A stretch of DNA of 50,526 nt from Armatimonadota bacterium (GCA_037440005.1 JBBIUY010000021.1:1-50526), one strand, 5' to 3'. Shown: positions 8,691 to 19,315, counted from the stretch's first letter. Made by a program: numbers and translations. The notes: generated by a model from the letters alone, not told the origin.

Positions 8691-10481
8691 GTGATGCGCG
8701 TCGTCGCCCGCCTGATTGCGGCCGATCTGATCGCCACCTTCGCGCTGATCGTCCTGGGAGGCGTCGTCCGCGCCACCGGCGCGGGGCTGGCCTGCCCGGA
8801 CTGGCCGCTGTGCCACGGGCGGGTGATCCCCCCTCTGGAGCCCCTGGTGCTGGTGGAGTGGACCCACCGGCTGGCCGCCTCCCTGGCCGGCCTGCTGACC
8901 CTCGTTGTGGTCGTGGCGGTGTGGTGGGACCGTTCGTCCCGGGCGACCCTGGGCGGCCCCGCGCTGCTGGCGGCCGTGCTGCTGGCCGCCCAGGTCGTCC
9001 TGGGCGGTCTGACTGTCCGCCACCTGCTCACCCGGTGGCTGGTGGTCGCTCACCTGGGAACGGCCATGGCCTTCTTCGCGGTCCTGGTGGCCCTGGCGGT
9101 CCTGGCCCTCGTCCCCGGGCCTGCGGGGGCGCGGCGGGCGCGGGATCCCTTCCGCGCGCTGGCGGTCGCCACCGCCGTGGTGACCTACGGCCTGGTCCTG
9201 GCCGGCGGCTACGTGAGCGCCACCGGCGCGGGGCTGGCCTGTCCGGACTGGCCGCTGTGCTACGGGCAGCTGCTGCCGGCCCTGCGGGGACGGGTGGGAG
9301 CGCAGCTGGTGCACCGGGCCGCCGCCGTGGTGGCGGGAACGATGATCGCGGTCACCGCCTGGGCCGCCTCCCGCACCCAGGCCCGCCGGCCGGCGGTGCA
9401 GGCCGCTGCGGCGGTGGCCGTGGGCCTGTTCGTGCTGCAGGTCCTGCTGGGCGCGCTGAACATCGAGTACCAGCTGGCCGACGCGGTGACCGTCAGCCAC
9501 CTGGCCACGGCCGCGGCCCTGCTCGGGACGCTGGTGGCCCTGGCCGTCCTGGCCCACCGCCTGCCCGAGATCGAGATCCTCCCCACATCCGAAGGGATCC
9601 CGCCGCGGCCGTCGCGGGCGCAGCGGGTGCTGGACTACGTGGCCCTCACCAAGCCCCGGATCATGGTGCTGCTGCTGGTCACCGCGCTGGCGGCGATGCT
9701 GATCGCCGCGCCGGGCCGGGTCTCCCCCTGGCTGATCCTGCTGACCCTGGGCGGCGGTGCGCTGTCGGCCGGGGCGGCCAACGCCCTCAACCAGGTCCTG
9801 GACAGGGACATCGACGCCCTGATGTCCCGCACCCGCCGCCGGCCCATCCCCGCCGGCCGCGTGCTGCCCGCCTACGCGGTGGCGTTCGCGGTCCTGCTGG
9901 GGGTCGGTGCCTTCGTGGAGCTGGCGGTGCTGGTCAACCTCCCGGCGGCGGTCCTGGCGCTGGCCGCCCTGCTGTTCTACGTGGTCGTCTACACGGTGTG
10001 GCTGAAGCGGCGGACGGCCCAGAACATCGTCATCGGCGGCGCGGCCGGGGCTGTCCCGCCCCTGGTGGGGTGGGCCGCTGTCACCGGCCGCGTCGAGCTG
10101 CCGGCGGTCCTGCTGTTCCTGATCGTCGTGCTGTGGACTCCGCCGCACTTCTGGGCCCTGGCCCTGTGGCGCCGGGAGGACTACGCCCGGGCCCGGGTGC
10201 CGATGCTGCCGGTGGTGGCCGGCGAGGCGTCCACCCACCGCCAGATCCTGGTCTACACGCTGCTGCTGGTGGCCTGCAGCCTGCTCCTGTGGGCGCTGGG
10301 CTACCTGGGACCGCTGTACGCCCTGGCGGCCCTCGCCCTGGGGGCCGGCTTCGTGGTCCTGGCCGTGCGCCTGGCGCGGGAGAAGTCGGTGCCGGCCGCG
10401 GTGCGGGTGTTCGGATACTCGGTGGTCTATCTGGCCCTGCTATTCGCCGCCATGGTCGCCGACCGCTTCCTGGCCGCCTGA
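8691..10481 (+). CDS. ctaB: Fused heme A synthase (CtaA/COX15) - heme O synthase (CtaB/CyoE)
   Basis: Two GAGLACPDWPLC motifs and EWTHR; C-terminal half has LTKPRI, DRDIDALMSRTRRRP, WTPPHFWAL. Confidence 0.92.
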   Translation: MMRVVARLIAADLIATFALIVLGGVVRATGAGLACPDWPLCHGRVIPPLEPLVLVEWTHRLAASLAGLLTLVVVVAVWWDRSSRATLGGPALLAAVLLAAQVVLGGLTVRHLLTRWLVVAHLGTAMAFFAVLVALAVLALVPGPAGARRARDPFRALAVATAVVTYGLVLAGGYVSATGAGLACPDWPLCYGQLLPALRGRVGAQLVHRAAAVVAGTMIAVTAWAASRTQARRPAVQAAAAVAVGLFVLQVLLGALNIEYQLADAVTVSHLATAAALLGTLVALAVLAHRLPEIEILPTSEGIPPRPSRAQRVLDYVALTKPRIMVLLLVTALAAMLIAAPGRVSPWLILLTLGGGALSAGAANALNQVLDRDIDALMSRTRRRPIPAGRVLPAYAVAFAVLLGVGAFVELAVLVNLPAAVLALAALLFYVVVYTVWLKRRTAQNIVIGGAAGAVPPLVGWAAVTGRVELPAVLLFLIVVLWTPPHFWALALWRREDYARARVPMLPVVAGEASTHRQILVYTLLLVACSLLLWALGYLGPLYALAALALGAGFVVLAVRLAREKSVPAAVRVFGYSVVYLALLFAAMVADRFLAA

Positions 10482-11714
10482 CGGCGGGCCGGCGCGGGCG
10501 TCGGCGGCCAGCAGGCCCAGGGCGGCCAGGGTGACCACCGGTGCCAGGGCAAACGCCCACGCCATCCCGCCTCCGGCCAGCACCCCGCCCGCGACCGGAC
10601 CCAGCAGAAATCCCAGGTCGGCGGCGGCGTTGAACCCTCCCATGCCGGCCCCCATGTGCTGCCGGGGCGTACGGGCGGCGATCCGCACCGACAGCCCGTG
10701 CGGTCCCGCCGCTCCGACGACGCTGGACAGGAAGTTGACCACCAGCAGCGCCGGAAAGGACGCCAGCAGCGGGGTCAGGGCGACGCCCACTCCGCGGGCG
10801 AGGAACGCGGCGGCCAGGACCCGGCGTTCCGGCAGGAGGGCGCCCAGGCGGGCCACCGCCGCCTGGGCGACGATGAAGGCGACGGCGCCCGCGGTGAAGA
10901 TCACGCCGATCTCCGCTTCCGTCCTGCCCCGGGCCGCGGCGTGCAGCGGCATAAAGGTGGCGTACACCGAAAACGCCATCGTATTGCAGGCCGTCAGCGC
11001 CCACAGCCGCACCACCTCCGGCGACCGGCTCACCACGACCCGGTAGGACCCCACCGCCCGGCCGGTGCCGTCCCGGAGGGGACGGACCGCTGCCGCCGCG
11101 GGGGCCGCCAGCACCGAAATCAGGGCGGCGGCGAAGAACGGGGCGGTGAGGGAGATGCGCTGGGCCAGCAGCCCGCCCAGGGCCGGGCCCAGCAGCTGGC
11201 CCACGCCGAAGTACGCCCAGAAAATCGCCAGGACCGCCGGGCGCCGTTCGGGTGGTCCGGCCTCGGCCACCTCCATCCAGACCACCGGCCACAGGACCCC
11301 CCGCACGGCCCCCAGCAGCAGCCGGCTCAGGTACAGACCGCCCAGGCTGACCGTCAGCGGGAACCAGGCGAACATCGCGGCGCTGCCCACCAGGCCCACC
11401 ACGGCGGTCGCCCGCCGGCCGATGCGGGCGCTCACCGCCAGGGCCAGCAACTCGGTGACGATGAGGGTCAGCGACAGAGCGCCGATGACGCCGCCCACGT
11501 GAACGGACGGAAGGCCCCGGCGGTCCAGGTACAGGGAGATCACCGGCGACGTGACGGTGATGGAGGTCAGCGCGCCCAGGGCGATCAACCCCAGGGCATG
11601 GACACGCCACCCGGTGGAACCTGCCGCGCGGGCCATGGAGGCGATTCCGGACGGTGCGGACAGCACCGGCCTGAGGCGGCTCGGCCGCAGCCTGCCGACG
11701 TCTTCGCCCATCAT
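10440..11714 (-). CDS. MFS transporter
   Basis: About 12 hydrophobic segments; SARIGRR, GPALGGLLA, DLGFLLGPVAGG; start uncertain. Confidence 0.8.
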   Translation of the reverse strand: MMGEDVGRLRPSRLRPVLSAPSGIASMARAAGSTGWRVHALGLIALGALTSITVTSPVISLYLDRRGLPSVHVGGVIGALSLTLIVTELLALAVSARIGRRATAVVGLVGSAAMFAWFPLTVSLGGLYLSRLLLGAVRGVLWPVVWMEVAEAGPPERRPAVLAIFWAYFGVGQLLGPALGGLLAQRISLTAPFFAAALISVLAAPAAAAVRPLRDGTGRAVGSYRVVVSRSPEVVRLWALTACNTMAFSVYATFMPLHAAARGRTEAEIGVIFTAGAVAFIVAQAAVARLGALLPERRVLAAAFLARGVGVALTPLLASFPALLVVNFLSSVVGAAGPHGLSVRIAARTPRQHMGAGMGGFNAAADLGFLLGPVAGGVLAGGGMAWAFALAPVVTLAALGLLAADARAGPPSGGQEAVGDHGGE

Positions 11715-11772
11715 ATTCGGGGAAGGACAGTAGTACAACCCGCGCGGACCGCCGGGCCGGGGGAGTCATGGC

Positions 11773-12162
11773 GTGCAGAATCTGCCGGATCTCAGCCAGC
11801 TGGACTGGGCCAAGCTGCTGTCGGTGTCGTTCACCCTGGTGCCCGCCGTCTACAAGTACCGGGGGGTGCTGGCGCGGGTGACCGACGTCCTGGCGGAGGC
11901 GGTGGGGCTGGCGACCCTGGTGGGCGGGGTGTACGTCTACACCCGCACCCTGCCACAGATCCAGCAGGTCGCCGCCCAGCTGGCCGCCGATCCGACGCTG
12001 GTCACCGTCGAGCGGCTGCAGACCCTGGACCAGCTGTACTTCGGGTCCGTGGGGCTGATGCTGCTGGGCGGGATGCTGGCGGTGTTCGGCGTGATCGGCC
12101 GCATCTCCGCCAGCGTGGCCGGCCTGCGGAACAGGCCGGGGCCGCCCGTGCGGCGGAAGTAG
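11773..12162 (+). CDS. Hypothetical membrane protein
   Basis: Coding-like codon usage, GGGAG RBS, 2-3 hydrophobic segments. Confidence 0.6.
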   Translation: MQNLPDLSQLDWAKLLSVSFTLVPAVYKYRGVLARVTDVLAEAVGLATLVGGVYVYTRTLPQIQQVAAQLAADPTLVTVERLQTLDQLYFGSVGLMLLGGMLAVFGVIGRISASVAGLRNRPGPPVRRK

Positions 12163-12296
12163 CCCGCGGGGACGGCAGCGTGCCCGCCCCGTAGCCCAAC
12201 TCCCGCCGCGGGTGCCTGAATCGGAGGAGAGCGACCTCGCCGGCTCCTGAGGACCGCCCCGACAGTCACGGGCCCGGCCGGCGGGGATCGCGTTGC

Positions 12297-12324
12297 TTGA
12301 CAGGCAGGAGGTCGTTGATACAAT
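12297..12324 (+). promoter_or_regulatory. Sigma70/SigA-type promoter of rpoZ
   Basis: TTGACA (12297-12302), 16 nt, TACAAT (12319-12324), with extended -10 TG. Confidence 0.75.
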
Positions 12325-12372
12325 ACGATATTGTCCCCACAACGCGTCGTGTTCCCATGAGGTGAAGCACAG

Positions 12373-12579
12373 GTGATCAAGCCGCCTCTGGAGGCGCTGC
12401 TGGACCGTGTCGGGAACAAGTATGCCCTGGTGATCGTGGCGGCCAAGCGGGCGCGCCAGCTGAAGGAGGGCGCCCTTCCGCTGGTGGACGTGGATTCGTC
12501 CAATCCCGTCACCGTGGCCCTGGAGGAGATCGCCGCGGGCAAGATCCGGTTCGAGATGCCCAAGGTGGGAATCAAGTAG
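12373..12579 (+). CDS. rpoZ: RNA polymerase omega subunit
   Basis: NKYALVIVAAKRARQL and NPVTVALEEIAAGKI. Confidence 0.95.
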   Translation: MIKPPLEALLDRVGNKYALVIVAAKRARQLKEGALPLVDVDSSNPVTVALEEIAAGKIRFEMPKVGIK

Positions 12580-12634
12580 CCCGGCGGGAACCCACAGGCC
12601 GGGGGGTGCGTATCCCCAGGCGGGAGAGTGGGCG

Positions 12635-13114
12635 GTGGACAGGGTCCGGCTGGGGGCCATGCTGGCGGGACTGGGGGCGATCGCCCTGGCGTCGGGCGGT
12701 CCGCTGGTGGTGGAACAGGTGGCGGGGGCCCTGAGGGTGCAGGCCGCGCTGCCCCGGCCCGCGTTCGCCCCCGGCGAGCCCGTGGAGGTCTCTATCGCCG
12801 CTGTCAACGCCGGCGCGGGGCCCCTGGCGGTGACGTTCACCAGCGGCCAGCGGTTCGACCTCATCGTGCGCCGCCCCCGGGGGGACGCGGTCTGGCAGTG
12901 GTCCCACGACAAGGCGTTCATCCAGGTCGTCCAGACCGTCACCCTGCAGCCCGGGGAGAGGTTGTCGGCGCGGCTGGCCTGGGACCAGCGCGACTTCCAG
13001 GGCCGGCCGGTGGATCCCGGCGCCTATGAGGCGGTGGCGGTCTTCCTGGGCCGCACCGGTCCGGGACGGGAGATGAGGCTGCCCCCGCTGGCGTTCGAGA
13101 TCGTTGAACGGTAG
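12635..13114 (+). CDS. Exported BsuPI-like (intracellular proteinase inhibitor domain) protein
   Basis: Signal-like N-terminus; TFTSGQRFDL..VWQWSHDKAFIQV..LQPGE. Confidence 0.7.
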   Translation: MDRVRLGAMLAGLGAIALASGGPLVVEQVAGALRVQAALPRPAFAPGEPVEVSIAAVNAGAGPLAVTFTSGQRFDLIVRRPRGDAVWQWSHDKAFIQVVQTVTLQPGERLSARLAWDQRDFQGRPVDPGAYEAVAVFLGRTGPGREMRLPPLAFEIVER

Positions 13115-13140
13115 ACACGCTTTCTCGCCAGCGCCCCCTA

Positions 13141-13436
13141 ACGACGTTGAAGGTTGAAGGTTGGAGGTTGAAGGTTCCCCTCACCCCTGCCCTCTCCCCC
13201 TGACGGGGGAGAGGGGAGTCGTATCGCGTTTCCGCCTCCAACTGCGTGGAAGGTTGGAGGTTGAAGGTTCCCCTCACCCTCACCCTTGCCCTCTCCCCCT
13301 CACGGGGGAGAGGGGAGTCATCTCGTGTTTCCGCGCTTCCGGCCGGGACGACGTTGAGGGTTGAGGGTTGAAGGTTGGAGGTTGAAGGTCCCCCTCACCC
13401 CTGCCCTCTCCCCCTGACGGGGGAGAGGGGAGTCAT
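13141..13436. repeat. Three composite repeat units: AGGTTGR heptamers followed by a REP-like hairpin CCCTCTCCCC..GGGGAGAGGG
   Basis: Near-identical units at about 13147-13220, 13249-13320 and 13353-13435. Confidence 0.9.
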
Positions 13437-13498
13437 CCTGGGGCGTCGTGGTGCCGCGCTACCGCGCGTCCGCGTTTCCGCGTATAATGAGGCCGCGT

Positions 13499-13575
13499 GG
13501 CGGCGTAGCTCAGCTGGTCAGAGCACGCGGCTCATACCCGCGGTGTCGGGAGTTCGACTCTCCCCGCCGCCACCA
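13499..13575 (+). tRNA. tRNA-Met (CAT), elongator type
   Basis: Acceptor stem GGCGGCG/CGCCGCC, anticodon loop CTCATAC, GTTCGA T-loop, encoded CCA; TATAAT at 13483-13488. Confidence 0.92.
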
Positions 13576-13731
13576 CGGACCCGCGGGGGCGCGGGAGCAA
13601 CCGGGTCCCGCGTCTGGACGGGGCCCCGGAGGCCGGATGGAGATCTGGAAGGCTGTGACGGCGGGGCGGCCACCGGTCGCTCCGTTTTCCATTGGCCGGC
13701 GCGCGCCCGATCGGGGACGCCGGTGAGGAAC

Positions 13732-15132
13732 GTGGCGGATCTGGTCGACAAGGTGTGGCGCACCGTGGAAGCCCACTGTCTGGTGGAGCCCGGAGACGGC
13801 GTGGTGGTGGCCGTCTCGGGCGGCCCGGACTCGGTGGCGCTGCTCCACGCGCTGGCGGACCTGGCCCCCCGGCGGCGGTGGAGGCTCCACGTGGCCCACC
13901 TCAACCACCGCCTGCGCCCGGAGGCGTCAGACGACGCCGCCTTCGTGCGGGAGATGGCCGAGCGGCTGGGGGTGCCGGTGACCGTGGAGGAGGCCGACGT
14001 GCGCGCCCTGGCGGTCGCGGAGAAGCGGTCCCTGGAGGACGCCGGGCGCCGGGCCCGCTACGACTTCCTGGCCCGGGTCGCCGCCTCGACGGGCGCCGGT
14101 CGGGTGGCCATCGCGCACACCCGGGACGACCTGGTGGAGACCGTGGCCATGCGGCTGCTGCAGGGTGCGGTCTGGGAGGAAGCCGGGGGGATCCCCATCC
14201 GGCGGCCCCTGGGGGCGGCGGAGGTGGTGCGGCCCCTGCTCGAGTGCACCCGGCAGGAGATCCTGGCCTTCCTCCGCGAGCGGGGGGTGAGGTGGCGGGA
14301 CGACCCCAGCAACCGCGACCTGCGCCCTCTGCGCAACCGGATCCGCTGGCAGATCCTGCCGGACCTGGACCGGCGCGCGCCGGCCCTGCGGGAGGTCCTG
14401 GCCGACCTGGGCCGCCTGACCGCGGAGACCTCCAGGTGGCTGGACGGGCTGGCGGCGGATGCGTTCGCCCGCGCGGCGGTCCCCGCCTCCTGCGGGGTGC
14501 GGTTGCCGGTGTCGGCGTTCGTGGGGCACTGCCCCGACGTGCGGCGGCGGCTGCTGCGCTTGGCGGTGGCGCGCGTCGCCGGAACAGCGGCGCGGATGTC
14601 CCGCGTTGAACAAGAGGGAGCGTACGAGGTGGCCCTGGGGCGGCCCGGGCGGCAGGCGGCGGGCGCCGGCTGGGTGGTGCGCCGCGCCTACGACGCGGTG
14701 GAGGTCGTGGTCCCTCCGCCTCCGGCGGAGACCGGCGAGTACCGGCTGCCGGTGCCCGGCCGTGTGGCGGCGGAGGCGCTGGGCGTGGAGGTGCGCGCCG
14801 AGGTGGTGGAGCGGGCGGCGGTTCCCCGGCTCTCCGTCGAGCCCGCCCTGGCCTACCTGGACGCCGCGGCGGCGGGCGCCGAGCTGGTGGTCCGGCCCTG
14901 GCGGCGGGGAGACCGGATGGTGCCGCTGGGTCTGCGGGGCAGCCGCAAGGTGCATGACATCTATGTGGACGCCAAGGTGCCCCGCTGGCAGCGGTCCCGG
15001 ATGCCGGTGGTGACCGATACCGCCGGACGGATCCTGTGGGTGGTCGGCTGCCGGGTGGCCGAAGCGGCCCGGGTGACCGAGGGCAGCCGCCAGGTGGTGC
15101 GGCTGAGAGTGGAGCCTCTGCAGCCGGCTTGA
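13732..15132 (+). CDS. tilS: tRNA(Ile)-lysidine synthetase
   Basis: PP-loop [40 protein letters not shown]; start 13723 or 13732. Confidence 0.93.
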   Translation: MADLVDKVWRTVEAHCLVEPGDGVVVAVSGGPDSVALLHALADLAPRRRWRLHVAHLNHRLRPEASDDAAFVREMAERLGVPVTVEEADVRALAVAEKRSLEDAGRRARYDFLARVAASTGAGRVAIAHTRDDLVETVAMRLLQGAVWEEAGGIPIRRPLGAAEVVRPLLECTRQEILAFLRERGVRWRDDPSNRDLRPLRNRIRWQILPDLDRRAPALREVLADLGRLTAETSRWLDGLAADAFARAAVPASCGVRLPVSAFVGHCPDVRRRLLRLAVARVAGTAARMSRVEQEGAYEVALGRPGRQAAGAGWVVRRAYDAVEVVVPPPPAETGEYRLPVPGRVAAEALGVEVRAEVVERAAVPRLSVEPALAYLDAAAAGAELVVRPWRRGDRMVPLGLRGSRKVHDIYVDAKVPRWQRSRMPVVTDTAGRILWVVGCRVAEAARVTEGSRQVVRLRVEPLQPA

Positions 15133-15244
15133 TGTCCGGCAGGGATGGGTGTATGGTGGCGTCAACCCGGGCCAGGGAAGGCCCGGCGGCGGAGCGAATC
15201 TTGCACAGGGACACGCGGGAGGGCTCCGGCGGGAGGCGGCAGGC

Positions 15245-17155
15245 GTGATCAACCGGTACCTGCGCAACGTGGTGGTGTGGGCCATCATCCTGGCGGTGGT
15301 CCTGTACTTCTTCCTGCCCCTGTACCGGACCCGCGGGCCCCGGGAGGAGATCTCCTACACCCAGTTCCTCAGCCACGCCCAGGCCGGGCGCATCGTCGAG
15401 GTGACCATCGGCGACGAGACCGTGTCCGGGCGGCTGCGGGACGGCCAGACCTTCCGCACCTTTATCCCGCCCGGGGACACCTCGTACCTGACCCTGCTGC
15501 AGTCCCGGGGCGTCCAGATCCACGTGGAGCCCAAGTCCCGGACCACCCTGTGGCCCAGCCTGCTGTCCACCATGCTGCCCTTCTTCCTGCTGATCGGGCT
15601 GTGGCTACTCATGCTGCGCCAGGCCCAGAGTGGCAGCAACCAGGCTATGTCCTTCGGTAAGAGCCGGGCCCGGCTGCACACCGAGAACCGCCCCAAGGTG
15701 ACCTTTGACGACGTGGCCGGGGTGGACGAGGCCAAGGAAGAGCTCCAGGAGATTATCGAGTTCCTCAAGCACCCCAAGAAGTTCCAGGCCCTGGGGGCCA
15801 AGATCCCGCGGGGCGTCCTGCTGGTGGGGCCGCCGGGCAGCGGCAAGACGCTGCTGGCCAAGGCGGTGGCCGGCGAGGCCGGGGTGCCGTTCTTCTCCAT
15901 CTCCGGATCGGAGTTCGTGGAGATGTTCGTGGGGGTGGGGGCCAGCCGGGTCCGCGATCTGTTCGACCAGGCCAAGAAGAGCGCGCCGTGCCTGGTGTTC
16001 ATCGACGAGATCGACGCGGTGGGGCGGCAGCGCGGGGCCGGCCTGGGCGGCGGCCACGACGAGCGCGAGCAGACCCTCAACCAGCTGCTGGTGGAGATGG
16101 ACGGCTTCGACCCCAACGCGGGCATCATCGTGATCGCCGCCACCAACCGGCCCGACATCCTGGACCCGGCGCTGCTGCGGCCCGGGCGGTTCGACCGGCG
16201 GGTGGTGGTGGACAACCCGGACAGCAAGGGCCGGCGAGCCATCCTGGACGTCCACGTGCGGGGCAAGCCCCTGGCCGAGGATGTGGACCTGGACCTGCTG
16301 GCCAAGCACACCCCGGGGTTCTCCGGCGCCGACCTGGCCAACCTCGTGAACGAGGCGGCCCTGCTGGCCGCCCGGCGCAACAAGAAGAAGATCACCATGG
16401 CGGAGATGGAGGAGGCCATCGAGCGGGTCATCGCCGGGCCCCAGCGCCGCAGCCGCATCCTCAGCGCCAAGGAACGGGAGATCGCGGCCTACCACGAGGG
16501 CGGGCACGCCCTGCTGGGCAAGCTGCTCCCCAACGCCGACCCGCCCCACAAGGTCACCATCCTGCCCCGGGGGATGGCCCTGGGTTACGTGATCTCGGCG
16601 CCTCCCGAGGACAAGTACACCTACACCAAGAGCGAGCTGCTGGACCGCATCACCGCCATGCTGGGCGGGCGGGTGGCGGAGGAGCTGGTGTTCAACGAGG
16701 TCACCACCGGCGCCCAGAACGACTTCGAACAGGCCACCGAGCTGGCCCGCAAGATGGTCACCGAGTTCGGGATGAGCGAGAAACTCGGCCCGCTCTCCCT
16801 GGGCAAGCGGCACGGCCCGGTATTCCTGGGACGGGACCTGGTGGAGACCCGCAACTACAGCGAGGAGATCGCCTACGAGATCGACAAGGAGGTCCGGCGC
16901 ATCATCGACGAGTGCTACGAGCGCGCCCGCGACCTGCTGCAGGCCAACCGGGACCGGTTGGAGCGCCTGGCCCGGGCCCTGCTGGAGCACGAGAGCCTGG
17001 AGGGCGAGGAGATCGACCGGGCCCTGGCCGGCGAGCCCGTGGAGCGGGAGACCCGTCCGGCCGCCCCCGCCCGGGCCGGCGCGGAGCCGGCGCGTCCCGA
17101 CGTGTCCCTGCCCGCCCCCAGCCCCACCCTCAAGCCCAAGCCCGAAGCGTCTTAA
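15245..17155 (+). CDS. ftsH: ATP-dependent zinc metalloprotease FtsH
   Basis: Two TM helices, [28 protein letters not shown]. Confidence 0.97.
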   Translation: MINRYLRNVVVWAIILAVVLYFFLPLYRTRGPREEISYTQFLSHAQAGRIVEVTIGDETVSGRLRDGQTFRTFIPPGDTSYLTLLQSRGVQIHVEPKSRTTLWPSLLSTMLPFFLLIGLWLLMLRQAQSGSNQAMSFGKSRARLHTENRPKVTFDDVAGVDEAKEELQEIIEFLKHPKKFQALGAKIPRGVLLVGPPGSGKTLLAKAVAGEAGVPFFSISGSEFVEMFVGVGASRVRDLFDQAKKSAPCLVFIDEIDAVGRQRGAGLGGGHDEREQTLNQLLVEMDGFDPNAGIIVIAATNRPDILDPALLRPGRFDRRVVVDNPDSKGRRAILDVHVRGKPLAEDVDLDLLAKHTPGFSGADLANLVNEAALLAARRNKKKITMAEMEEAIERVIAGPQRRSRILSAKEREIAAYHEGGHALLGKLLPNADPPHKVTILPRGMALGYVISAPPEDKYTYTKSELLDRITAMLGGRVAEELVFNEVTTGAQNDFEQATELARKMVTEFGMSEKLGPLSLGKRHGPVFLGRDLVETRNYSEEIAYEIDKEVRRIIDECYERARDLLQANRDRLERLARALLEHESLEGEEIDRALAGEPVERETRPAAPARAGAEPARPDVSLPAPSPTLKPKPEAS

Positions 17156-17401
17156 GGACCGCCCGGAGATCCCCGCCGGGGGCGTGGAGCCCCCCGCGCC
17201 TGCGGTCCCGGGGGACCGCCCCCCTGTGCCCCGCCGCGGCATCCCCGCCGTCGCCGGGCCTCGCTCCCGCGGCTCCTGACCGCGCCCGGACGGTTCTCCC
17301 CGGGTGGTGAGGGGAGAGGGAGCCGGCGCCCGCGGCGCGAAGTGAGCCGGTGCCCCCGATGGCCGGTGCGTTGTGCGTCGCCGCGGGGCAGGAGGCGTGC
17401 C

Positions 17402-17890
17402 ATGTCCACTCGCCAGATGGCCTACGCCGCGGTGCTGGCCGCCCTGTACGTGGTGGTCGGGCAGGTGGTGCGCTTCCTGCCCAACCCCATGGTGCCCGGC
17501 GCCATCATCGCGCTCAACATGGTGGTGGTGGTCATCGCCGGGATTCTGCTGGGGCCGGCAGCCGGGGCCCTCGTGGGTCTGGTGGGAACCGGGATCAACG
17601 GGTTCTTCACCCCGGCGGGGAACGCCTTTGAGCGCGTGGCGGTCCTCCCCCACGCCGTGATGGGGCTGACGGCCGGAGTGGTGGGACGGCGGTCGCTACT
17701 GGCCGGCGCCTTCACCATCCTGGTCGGGCATGTGCTGAACATCCTGGGATTCATCGCCGTGGGCCTGCTGCCGGCCTCGGAGGTCACCGGCGCCGTGTTC
17801 ATCTACGGGCTGGTCTTCGAGACGGTGGTGGACGTGGTGGTGATCATGCTGGTGGTGCCGCTGCTGCGGCCGCTGGTGGCCCGGACCTGA
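17402..17890 (+). CDS. ECF transporter S component
   Basis: About 160 aa, hydrophobic, GILLGPAAGALVGLVG motif; AGGAGG RBS. Confidence 0.75.
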   Translation: MSTRQMAYAAVLAALYVVVGQVVRFLPNPMVPGAIIALNMVVVVIAGILLGPAAGALVGLVGTGINGFFTPAGNAFERVAVLPHAVMGLTAGVVGRRSLLAGAFTILVGHVLNILGFIAVGLLPASEVTGAVFIYGLVFETVVDVVVIMLVVPLLRPLVART

Positions 17891-17948
17891 AGGAAGGAAC
17901 CTCTGTCCGGGCGGCCGGCGGGGCGGACCCGGGGCGGAGGTGGGAGCG

Positions 17949-18548
17949 ATGCCGACGGTCGAGGCGCCCGAATATCAGGTGGAACGGCGCGTGGCCGTCG
18001 ATCCGAAGACGACCGCGCTGATCGTGGTGGACATGCAGAACGACTTCGTCAGCGAGGGCGGGGCGCTGGTGGTCCCCCAGGCCCGGGAGACCGTTCCCGC
18101 CATCCGGCGCCTGCTGGCCCTGGCCCGGGGACACGGGATGGCGGTGTTTTTCACCCAGGACACCCACGATCCCGGGGACATCGAGTTCGCCATCTGGGGC
18201 CAGCACGTGGTGCGGGGCAGCTGGGGCTGGCAGATCGTGGACGACCTGGCTCCCCGGCCGGGGGAGCGGGTGATCCAGAAGCTGCGCTACGATGGGTTTT
18301 TCGGCACCTCCCTGGACCACGAGCTGCGCCTGCGGGGTGTGACCACCGTGATCGTGTGCGGCACCGTGGCCAACATCTGCGTCCTGCACACGGCCGGCAG
18401 CGCCGCGATCCGCGGGTACCGGGTGATCCTGCCCGTGGACGCCATCTCGGCGCTGACGCCCTTTGACCTGCAGGTGGCGATCCGGCAGACGTCGTTTTTG
18501 TACCGCGGGATCATCACCACATCCGATGCGATTCAGGTGGCGTCCTAG
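17949..18548 (+). CDS. Isochorismatase/nicotinamidase-family cysteine hydrolase
   Basis: LIVVDMQNDF, K-x-R-YDGF, GTVANICVLHTA. Confidence 0.9.
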   Translation: MPTVEAPEYQVERRVAVDPKTTALIVVDMQNDFVSEGGALVVPQARETVPAIRRLLALARGHGMAVFFTQDTHDPGDIEFAIWGQHVVRGSWGWQIVDDLAPRPGERVIQKLRYDGFFGTSLDHELRLRGVTTVIVCGTVANICVLHTAGSAAIRGYRVILPVDAISALTPFDLQVAIRQTSFLYRGIITTSDAIQVAS

Positions 18549-18588
18549 GGGCCGCGGCAGGCCCGGACCGACGCAGGGGAGGTGGCGG

Positions 18589-19278
18589 GTGGCTCGGGCG
18601 GGGCGGCTGGCGCGCAAGACCGGCCTCAGCTGGGGGCCGATTCTCCTCTACTTGGCCGTGGTGGCGGTGGCCACCGGCGGCCTGGTGGCGTGGGACGTGG
18701 CGTACCGGCGGAGGGAGGAGGAGGCCCGCCGGCCGCCGCCGCCGGAGGTGGTGGCCCGCAACCTGGTGGAGAACATCATCGGCCGCGGCTCCGTCAAGTC
18801 CCTGACGGTGGACGAAGGGGCCGGCACCGTGGACGTCACCTTCGAGTCGGCCACCTACCCCCCGGCCGCCCGGGCGCTGGTCAGCGGCGAGGTGGTGGCC
18901 CGCAACCTGGACCAGCTGCTGGTCGGCCTGCGGGTGACCCGGGGAGACCCCCTGGTGTACGTGCGCACCGAGGACGGCAAGGTGGTCCTGGGCGCCCAGG
19001 CCGAGTACACCGGGCGGGTGGTGGCGGTGCTGGTGAAGGCCGGCGACCGGGTCCAGGAGGGCCGGGCGATGGTGCTCATCGAGCCCGACGACAAGACCGC
19101 CGCCCGCAAGAACCTGGAAACCGAGGGCCTGCTGGCGTCCCAGGCCATCCTGTCCCAGCTGCCCTCCATCAAGACCGTGACGTCCCGGATCACCTACAAG
19201 GACGTCACGCTGGCCACCGTGGTGGGCACGCGCGGCGAGCGGGGGGTGACCACCACCTACCACCCCAGCCTGCAGTGA
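18589..19278 (+). CDS. Membrane-anchored hypothetical protein with a biotinyl/lipoyl-like domain
   Basis: N-terminal TM; AEYTGRVVAVLVKAGDRVQEG. Confidence 0.6.
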   Translation: MARAGRLARKTGLSWGPILLYLAVVAVATGGLVAWDVAYRRREEEARRPPPPEVVARNLVENIIGRGSVKSLTVDEGAGTVDVTFESATYPPAARALVSGEVVARNLDQLLVGLRVTRGDPLVYVRTEDGKVVLGAQAEYTGRVVAVLVKAGDRVQEGRAMVLIEPDDKTAARKNLETEGLLASQAILSQLPSIKTVTSRITYKDVTLATVVGTRGERGVTTTYHPSLQ

Positions 19279-19315
19279 CGGCGGCGCGGGGCGTCGGATG
19301 CCGTGGGGAGGACGG

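Noticed and set aside
13141..13436. CRISPR array or coding ORFs (13161-13364; N-terminal extension of the 13375 ORF)
   Set aside because: Units are too long and variable for CRISPR; the ORFs are translations of the repeat and run through the tRNA
17160..17400. Riboswitch upstream of the first ECF S component
   Set aside because: GC-rich hairpins are present, but I could not match any riboswitch consensus; an Rfam scan would settle it
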